Source: an uncultured Alphaproteobacteria bacterium (GTDB taxonomy: Bacteria; Pseudomonadota; Alphaproteobacteria; Acetobacterales; Acetobacteraceae). From it: a DNA stretch of 32,000 nucleotides. The notes under the pieces are model-generated. The model saw only the letters and a list, made by a program, of their open reading frames with translations, did no database searches and had not been told where the DNA came from. The DNA lies in contig CAWEHU010000013.1 in assembly GCA_963808965.1 (NCBI GenBank), positions 30,672 to 62,671 on the forward strand. Direction: 5' to 3'. The position numbers and the translations under genes were made by a program. The first letter of the stretch is position 1, and each line of letters starts with the position of its first letter. Positions 26,309-32,000 of the stretch are shown piece by piece.

Positions 26309-26521
26309 ATGAACATGGTCGACCTGATCGTGATGGTCTGTTCGCTTGCCGCCCCGAGCGTCTGCCAGGAACGGCACATGCTGTTTGAATTGCACGGCTC
26401 TCTCTACACCTGCATGTGGGAGGCGCAGCCATTCCTGGCGCAGTGGATCGGCGATCACCCCGATCTGCGCATCGCGAGCTTTCGTTGCGACTGGCCGGAG
26501 CGGGAGGACCGGAACGGCTGA
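26309..26521 (+). CDS. Small hypothetical protein (70 aa, four Cys)
   Basis: Track ORF 26228..26521 trimmed to ATG 26309, with a GGGAGG RBS 6-7 nt upstream. MNMVDLIVMVCSLAAPSVCQERHMLFELHGSLYTCMWEAQPFLAQWIGDHPDLRIASFRCDWPEREDRNG. The composition is non-repetitive and rich in aromatic residues, unlike the GC-shadow ORFs. Confidence 0.5.
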   Translation: MNMVDLIVMVCSLAAPSVCQERHMLFELHGSLYTCMWEAQPFLAQWIGDHPDLRIASFRCDWPEREDRNG

Positions 26522-26545
26522 GGAGGGAGGGAAGGCTGTCGCCAG

Positions 26546-27610
26546 TCAGCGCGAGTGCGTCCTGTGTACCAGTTGGTGGATGAAGCCGAGCTTCTTGATC
26601 ACCGCGGGCGAGATGACGAAGGGGTAGGCGTCCGCTAGCCCCATGCTGCGGTTCAGGCTGTTCATCGCGAAGGTGAGCGGCATCCAGGCATCCATGATCG
26701 TCTCGATATCCGGCGCGGCATGGGGGTCGAAATCGATCCTGGCTTCGAGCGCGCCCGTTTTGTCGGCGCGCGGATCGATCCGAAGGCCATAGGTGCTCGC
26801 CGTCTCCACCGTATCGATGATGTGGAGGTAGTGTGCCCAGGTTTCGGCGAAATCCTCCCAGGGGTGACTGGTCGCGTAGGCGCTGATGAAGTTCTCCGGC
26901 CAGTTCGCCGGGGCGCCTTCCGCGTAGTGCCTTTTCAGCGCCTCCCCGTAATCCTGGCTGTCGTCACCGAAAATAGCTCGGCAAGCCTCGAGCTGCCCGC
27001 CATCCCGGACCAGCACATCCCAGAAATGATGTCCGACCTCATGCCGGAAATGACCGAGAAGGGTGCGGTAAGGCTCGCCCATCTCGGCGCGCATCTTCTC
27101 ACGCTCGGCGTCGTCGGCCTCCTTCAGTGCAACGGTGATGACGCCGTTGTCGTGGCCGGTCAGCACCTTGGGTCCCGTAGCGGCCGGCGGGTCTTCGAGG
27201 AAGTCGAACGCGAGTCCGTGCTCCGGGTCCTCCTGGCGCGTGACGAGCGGGAGGTTGAGGCGGATCAGGGTGTAGAACAGCCGGTGCTTGGCCACTTCAA
27301 GCTTGCGCCACAGCTCCAGATTCTCGGGCTTCGAGAGGTCCGGGATCGTGCGGTTATGGCGACAGGCGGCGCAAAGCGCATCGCCGGAGTCCGCCGGCAC
27401 GAGCCAGTTGCACGCGCCATGCTCGGCGTTGGCGCAGAGCCGGAAACGCCCTGTTTCCGAGGCCAGCGCCCGCCAGGCCTCGCCCTCCGGTTCCAGGGCG
27501 GAGAGCGTGCTCGTCTCCGGCAGATAGCCGAGCGTATGGCCGCACTTCTCGCACCTGTGGTTCTCGAAAAACAGCAGTTGGGCGCAGTGCTGGCAGGTGA
27601 AGAGCTTCAT
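26546..27610 (-). CDS. Zinc-ribbon plus putative zinc metallopeptidase (HExxH) family protein
   Basis: Track ORF, 354 aa. N-terminal ribbon CQHC..(x10)..CEKC. A further Cys cluster CANAEHGACNW...CAACRHN. The catalytic-type motif is FRHEVGHHFWD with downstream HPWEDFAETWAHY. No signal peptide. Confidence 0.85.
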   Translation of the reverse strand: MKLFTCQHCAQLLFFENHRCEKCGHTLGYLPETSTLSALEPEGEAWRALASETGRFRLCANAEHGACNWLVPADSGDALCAACRHNRTIPDLSKPENLELWRKLEVAKHRLFYTLIRLNLPLVTRQEDPEHGLAFDFLEDPPAATGPKVLTGHDNGVITVALKEADDAEREKMRAEMGEPYRTLLGHFRHEVGHHFWDVLVRDGGQLEACRAIFGDDSQDYGEALKRHYAEGAPANWPENFISAYATSHPWEDFAETWAHYLHIIDTVETASTYGLRIDPRADKTGALEARIDFDPHAAPDIETIMDAWMPLTFAMNSLNRSMGLADAYPFVISPAVIKKLGFIHQLVHRTHSR

Positions 27611-27694
27611 CGGCGGCGTGACCTATCGCGGAAAGCAACGTAACGCGCGAGAAGCCGGCAGTTGCGGCTCCTAATCGGGTTCGCGGCCAAGCGA

Positions 27695-28303
27695 TCAGAA
27701 CCGGCGACGTGAGGGGGTGATCAGATTTCCGTCGCGGCCGACAAGATTGCCGTCCCGCCCAACGAGATTTCCATCGCGCCCGACAAGATCGGAGCGGCTG
27801 CTCATACCCCCGGTCATGTTGTTGTCGGCGTTGACCTCGTCGGCCAGCAGAACGTCGCTGAGCCAGCCGATCGTGATGTCGATCCGTACTGCGACATCGA
27901 GCTGATCCGCCGGCCACACGCGGACTTCTTTCGAGAACACCGCGTCCTTGAACTCGACGCCCATCTTGCTGAGCGTGATCGCGTCCTCATACCCGGCCAC
28001 GACCTCCTCTCCCTCGCCGTAGACCAGGAATACGGCGGGGGTCGACATCTTGTAGTAATTGCCCTGGTAGCTGAACCCGTAGATGCGGGCGAGCTTCTTC
28101 TCTTTGTCCAGCTCACTCTCCTTGCCAGCCTGGTTACGGAGAGCGGCAATCAGCGGATTGCTCGAAAACTTGTTCAGACCGAGATCTTTGATCTCAAGGC
28201 CGCCGAAGAGCCTGCCGAATAGTCTCACGGTGGCAGGAGCGAATAGGCCTTCGCCCAAAGGATCGGCATCTTTCTTTCCGCCCGTGGTGTCGTCGGATGC
28301 CAT
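27695..28303 (-). CDS. Hypothetical 202-aa protein with a C-terminal (LVGRDGN)x3 tandem heptapeptide array
   Basis: Track ORF. Strong AGGGAGGAA RBS about 10 nt upstream of ATG 28303. No signal peptide. Protein-like central region (ARIYGFSYQGNYYKMSTPAVFLVYGEGEEVVAGYEDAITLSKMGVEFKDAVFSKEVRVWPADQLDVAVRIDITIGW). The C-terminus reads SSRSD-LVGRDGN-LVGRDGN-LVGRDGN-LITPSRRRF*. Confidence 0.8.
   Translation of the reverse strand: MASDDTTGGKKDADPLGEGLFAPATVRLFGRLFGGLEIKDLGLNKFSSNPLIAALRNQAGKESELDKEKKLARIYGFSYQGNYYKMSTPAVFLVYGEGEEVVAGYEDAITLSKMGVEFKDAVFSKEVRVWPADQLDVAVRIDITIGWLSDVLLADEVNADNNMTGGMSSRSDLVGRDGNLVGRDGNLVGRDGNLITPSRRRF
27725..27787 (-). repeat. Three tandem 21-nt coding repeats (heptapeptide LVGRDGN) differing only at synonymous third positions
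   Basis: Read on the coding strand: CTT GTC GGG CGC GAT GGA AAT / CTC GTT GGG CGG GAC GGC AAT / CTT GTC GGC CGC GAC GGA AAT. Pairwise differences are 5, 2 and 5 nt, and all are synonymous. Confidence 0.9.
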
Positions 28304-28375
28304 GGTCGGCGTTCCTCCCTTTCACAACCACCTTGCTCGACGAAAGTTACAGCGACGGAAAGTCTCACGCCACTA

Positions 28376-29788
28376 TCATCCAACGGGCGCGGTCTCGGGC
28401 GTGGACCGATGATCGTGCGGCATCAACCGGCGCGCGATTAGGAATGCGCGTGGCGAACACGAACAGGCGTTGACCGGCTTGGCGCCGAGCGGCTCGCGGA
28501 AGCGCAGCGCTATCGGGCGCTTGTCGAACCGCCGCGGTGCGGGTGCCGGGACCTCGCCTGTCAGCAACGGCCGCGGGTCGATCCCGCGCCACAGGAAATG
28601 GCCGAGCAGCGCCGGCAGGTTCGGGCCTTGGCCAAGCCGGGCGGCGGCCTCCAGGAACTTCGCCGCGACCGCGTCGAAGCTCAAGCTCTCCGGCGGAATC
28701 GTCAGCATCACATGCGCCATGCACCGCCCCACGAGGTCGCGCGCGGCTGCGAGCGAGGCATGGAAGCCCTGCGTGAACCGGGCGAATGAGCGTGCCAACT
28801 CGTGGCGCACCATGCGCAAAGAGGCTGCCACCTCCTCGCGGGTCCAGCCGCGAGCGTCGGCGTCGGGAGGGATCAGCCCGCGTGCGACCAGCCCGTCCTG
28901 GTAGATTTCGACGAAAATGTCGAAAATCGCGCCGGTCAGCGGCTCGGCCAATGCGTGCGCGTTGCGATCGAGCCCGAGCGGGTCGATCCACTCGCCGTCG
29001 GGACCGAGCCTCAATCCCCCGACGTCGGCCATCGTCACGGTATTGGAGGCGAGCCGCACCTGCTCCTTGTCGGAATATTCCCCCAGCCGGTTGACCAGGT
29101 TCAGCACGTAGAGATTGCCGTCGGTCTGTTGCAGGAGGCGTTGCACCACTGAGGGAAAGTGCAGGGCTGCGATCAGCGAGACGAGGTCGGCAAATAACTC
29201 GTGGAAGGCGAGATAAGGGCCGTGAATCCGGTCCGGCGGCGGTGCGCCGACCTGCGAGAACAGGATGGCGTGTCCGGTTTCATGCGCGATCACATCGAAG
29301 TTTAGGCAGAAGAGCTGGCCGCGCCCGTAGCGATTGGCGATGATCCCCGCCTCCAGGAAGCCGGGACCGCAATGCGCGTTGCGCCAGCGCACCACCGGTA
29401 TCAACTCGAGCTGCGGCAGGAAGCTTGCGTGCCACCAGACGACCTGTCGCCGGAGATACAATTCCCAAACATCTAGCGTGTGTCGCATGGTGCCGTAGAG
29501 ATGTGCGGCAAGGAATTGCTCGGTGTCGACCGGAATGTAGTCGAAGTTTCCGCAACGATCCGGCAGGGCGGGCGCGAACATCGTGCCCCGATACGGCGGC
29601 ATGTAGGCGGGCGGGTCGTATTGGCTCTCCTTGTCCACTGCGTTCGCGACGTACATCGTCGCGTCCGAGGGTCCTGGACCGATCGTGCCGGCCCGGCGTG
29701 ACACGAGCACGAGCTCGGGCTCGGCATAGCCCTCCGCGTATTGCGGAAAAAGCCGGAACCCGGTCCCGTCCGGCCGGTGCCTGATCAT
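28376..29788 (-). CDS. Thermolysin-like (gluzincin) HExxH...E metalloprotease-family protein, no signal peptide
   Basis: Track ORF, 470 aa. FDVIAHETGHAILFSQVG is followed 23 residues later by AFHELFADLVS, which resembles the thermolysin HExxH...NExxSD arrangement. The ATG forms an ATGA overlap with the tfuA stop (29785-29788). Confidence 0.8.
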   Translation of the reverse strand: MIRHRPDGTGFRLFPQYAEGYAEPELVLVSRRAGTIGPGPSDATMYVANAVDKESQYDPPAYMPPYRGTMFAPALPDRCGNFDYIPVDTEQFLAAHLYGTMRHTLDVWELYLRRQVVWWHASFLPQLELIPVVRWRNAHCGPGFLEAGIIANRYGRGQLFCLNFDVIAHETGHAILFSQVGAPPPDRIHGPYLAFHELFADLVSLIAALHFPSVVQRLLQQTDGNLYVLNLVNRLGEYSDKEQVRLASNTVTMADVGGLRLGPDGEWIDPLGLDRNAHALAEPLTGAIFDIFVEIYQDGLVARGLIPPDADARGWTREEVAASLRMVRHELARSFARFTQGFHASLAAARDLVGRCMAHVMLTIPPESLSFDAVAAKFLEAAARLGQGPNLPALLGHFLWRGIDPRPLLTGEVPAPAPRRFDKRPIALRFREPLGAKPVNACSCSPRAFLIARRLMPHDHRSTPETAPVG

Positions 29789-31161
29789 CGTTCCCCTTCT
29801 CCGGCCGCCTCTGCTGCGGTCGGGTCAGTCTGCGTCATGTACAGATATTCGCGCCACACCGCCGTTTCCCAGGCGGCAGCACTGGGCCAGCCTTGCTCGC
29901 CGAGATGCGCGTTCAGCGATCGCGGCCGGGGGCGGCCCAGGCAAGTCTCGAAATACCAATCGAGCGCGGCGTCGAGTAGCGGTCCGTCGGGCGGCCGCCG
30001 AGCAGCCTTGATTGGCGCGAGAGCCGTCCGCTTGGCCTGAGCCCGCCGATGCAGGGCCGCAAAGCCTCCGGTTAGCCGCAAATGATCGAGCAACGCGGCG
30101 CGGAAGCCTGGCGGCTTCTCCCGGGCTGCACGCGCGAGCGCGGCCTCGCGCCGAAGGAGTGCCGCAAGCCCCGCTTCGTCTAGCGCATTCTCCGCGAGCC
30201 AGGCAGTCAGTTGTTCTCGCTGCCAAAGGCCGCGGGCGCGGCGGAAGCAATCGAGCTGCCGTCGAAGCTCCGCGTCGGAGACTGTCTCCGGTGCTGAAGC
30301 GGAAGCATCGAGCCGGCCGGTCACGGCACGCTCGCACATGCGCCAGGCATCCGGCTGGAGACGCAGTTCCTCCAGCACCGCGGACCCCTCCTCCGTATCC
30401 GGGTCCCCATCTTGGACCGAGGCGGTCCATCGCTCCCAGACCAAGGCACGCTCGAAACGGAAATCTGCCCGGAATGGAGCGGGCCGCTCGCGCAAGAAGG
30501 CCGTGAGAGCCCGTAGCATCGCCAGCGCATCGAGCCGCTTGCGCGCCACCCGTCCCGTCCGCAGCCATCCGGCGAAGGCGCGGGTGCCGTCGTTGCCGAG
30601 AATCTCCGGAGCGGCATCCGCCAGGCGCGTGAAACTGCGTTCTGAGAAGTGCAGGCACTTCATCCTCGCCGAAAGCGTGTCGCGCTGGGCGCGGGTCAGC
30701 AAGCCGGCCGCCTCCGCCGTCAGCAGCGTCTCGCGCAGATCGACCATCGCGTCGGAGAACGCCACGCTGCCTGCTGGGGCCGGCGCATGGATCACGGCGA
30801 CTTCGTCGTCATCCTCGAACGGCTCGTCGTAGCCGGGCCACTTTCCGTCGCGATAGGCTTCGTAGATCCGTCCGACGCCGCGCATCCCGAAACGGTCCAG
30901 TTCCGCGGCGCGCAGCGCGCCCATGCTCGCCCCGCCGAATACATGTACGCCCTCCGAAAGCGCCCAGAGGATTTCCCGGTGCCAGACGGAGGGGACGTCG
31001 AGGAACGCCCCGTCGATCAGGCCGATCGCCACCGGCCGATACGTCCTGACAGCGTGGAATAGGTCTCCTTGGCGGGCGGGGGGCAGGAAGAGGGCGTCGC
31101 TCTCACGCTCGGCCTCGTGCCGCGAGAGGCTGGGTCCGAGAAACACGACGGCGCTTACCAT
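29785..31161 (-). CDS. tfuA: TfuA-like protein with a ~230-aa C-terminal extension
   Basis: Track ORF, 458 aa. MVSAVVFLGPSL...PPARQGDLFHAV..RPVAIGLIDGAFLDVPSVWHREILWALSEGVHVFGGASMGALRAAELDRFGMRGVGRIY is the TfuA domain pattern. The start overlaps the ycaO stop (ATGGTAA, 31155-31161). Confidence 0.88.
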   Translation of the reverse strand: MVSAVVFLGPSLSRHEAERESDALFLPPARQGDLFHAVRTYRPVAIGLIDGAFLDVPSVWHREILWALSEGVHVFGGASMGALRAAELDRFGMRGVGRIYEAYRDGKWPGYDEPFEDDDEVAVIHAPAPAGSVAFSDAMVDLRETLLTAEAAGLLTRAQRDTLSARMKCLHFSERSFTRLADAAPEILGNDGTRAFAGWLRTGRVARKRLDALAMLRALTAFLRERPAPFRADFRFERALVWERWTASVQDGDPDTEEGSAVLEELRLQPDAWRMCERAVTGRLDASASAPETVSDAELRRQLDCFRRARGLWQREQLTAWLAENALDEAGLAALLRREAALARAAREKPPGFRAALLDHLRLTGGFAALHRRAQAKRTALAPIKAARRPPDGPLLDAALDWYFETCLGRPRPRSLNAHLGEQGWPSAAAWETAVWREYLYMTQTDPTAAEAAGEGER

Positions 31162-32000
31162 GCGCGGCTCGCCGCCCGGTGCGCGCGGGGGCCGGGCGTG
31201 TACTCGCCGCCGGGTGGCGTCCAGGGGCCTTCCAGCCCCGGCACGATCGCACGTCCGACCGGAACCCCGAACATCGGCCGGGTCAGATCGACCCAGGCGA
31301 CCTGCGGCATTCCGGCCTCGCGCAGCAGCGAAAGCGCCGTTTGCAGGTCTTCTCTGAGGGTCGCCCCGGCCCGACAGGGTGTCCCGTGGAAGTCCCGCGA
31401 GGCCGGGCCGCTCAGGAGATTACGAGCCGCCTCCTGGCGGTCCGCGTGAAGGGAATCGAGATAGCCTTGCTCGGCGAGGTCGTCGCGCGCCCCCGAAATG
31501 ACGGTCAGCCGTGCCTGTGCTGCCTCGGTGAGCGCGCGGGCGAGCGCCACATCCCGGTCGGGATGGCAACCGGAGCCAAGTTCCGGCTGTACCCGATCCC
31601 GTCCGGGAGCGGAGGCGGCAAGGCACAGATAAGCGGGCAATCCGATATCGGATGTAACATCCCAAATTCTGATGCGGACCGCGGCGGCGGCGAACATCGG
31701 CAGCAGCGCCGCGCTGATGCGGCCGTCGATGCTGGCGAGATCCAACACGCGCGCCTGCCGGGCCACTGCGGGGCCGGCGTGCCACAGCGCGACCGCATCG
31801 CGCTCCACCACTTCGCAGATTCCGTGCAGTGCAGCCTCGAGCCAATGATTGCCGGATGCGAGCCCGTTCGTGGTCGCCTGAAAGACCGGCGTGGAGCCGA
31901 TTTGCGACGACGCCGTATAGTCCGCGGTCACGACCTCATGCGGAACCCACAGCGGCTCGCCTGTCGCGAGATCGCGGCCCTCCAGCCACAGCAGCCGGCG
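31155..32000 (-). CDS. ycaO: YcaO-domain protein (3' part; gene continues past the right edge)
   Basis: Track ORF 31155..31931 extends in frame to the window edge. My translation of 32000->31932 gives RRLLWLEGRDLATGEPLWVPHEV. TTNGLASGNHWLEAALHGICEVVERDAVALW is the YcaO core pattern (SNG.A.G....EA...G..E..ERDA). It lies immediately upstream of tfuA. Confidence 0.9.
   Translation of the reverse strand, partial: RRLLWLEGRDLATGEPLWVPHEVVTADYTASSQIGSTPVFQATTNGLASGNHWLEAALHGICEVVERDAVALWHAGPAVARQARVLDLASIDGRISAALLPMFAAAAVRIRIWDVTSDIGLPAYLCLAASAPGRDRVQPELGSGCHPDRDVALARALTEAAQARLTVISGARDDLAEQGYLDSLHADRQEAARNLLSGPASRDFHGTPCRAGATLREDLQTALSLLREAGMPQVAWVDLTRPMFGVPVGRAIVPGLEGPWTPPGGEYTPGPRAHRAASRAW

Noticed and set aside
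26720-27643. 307-aa plus-strand ORF
   Set aside because: It is antisense to the Zn-ribbon HExxH peptidase gene, which has clear motifs.
27695-28303. Repeat protein as a protease-activated pore-forming or toxin effector (gasdermin-like idea) or an encapsulin cargo tag
   Set aside because: I can point to no sequence motif supporting either idea: no N-terminal Cys or lipidation context, and no encapsulin gene nearby. It is kept only as an untested alternative to the precursor hypothesis.
1-32000. Search for tRNA, rRNA, CRISPR arrays, IS or transposase genes, integrases and phage genes
   Set aside because: Intergenic spaces are all under ~210 nt. No transposase or integrase-like ORF, terminal inverted repeats or repeat-spacer arrays were seen by eye. 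A tRNAscan or Infernal run would be needed to exclude small RNAs formally.

Overview
This is a GC-rich (by eye about two-thirds G+C), densely coding proteobacterial chromosome segment. I found no rRNA, tRNA, CRISPR array or IS element. It falls into three blocks. (1) 1-9029 holds pqqA-pqqB-pqqC on the minus strand plus the accessory genes that usually accompany PQQ-dependent alcohol/methanol dehydrogenases: a SoxYZ-like carrier, ABC-2 permease and ATPase, a YVTN beta-propeller and a periplasmic binding protein. A Tat-exported sulfatase is embedded in the set, and the dehydrogenase itself is not in the window. (2) 9026-26215 is a tetrahydromethanopterin (H4MPT)/methanofuran-linked formaldehyde-oxidation island with fae, mtdB, mch, fhcB-A-D-C, mptG and about ten cofactor-biosynthesis genes, many joined by 4-11 nt start/stop overlaps. 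(3) 26546-32000 is a minus-strand YcaO-TfuA operon translationally coupled to a signal-less thermolysin-like HExxH protein. It is followed by a 202-aa protein ending in three tandem LVGRDGN heptads and a second Zn-ribbon HExxH peptidase. This is my best candidate for an undescribed peptide or protein backbone-modification (thioamidation-type) system, and its 5' end lies beyond the window. One major oddity: six genes (ABC permease, DHPS-like, mch, an ATP-grasp gene, mptG, fhcA) are broken by about twelve single-base frame shifts, and nearly all are repaired by skipping one base. Several long ORF-track entries (2463..3914, 16555..18345, 20698..21726) are chimeras caused by these shifts. Family assignments rest on motif recognition and memory of homologues. 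No database search was run.
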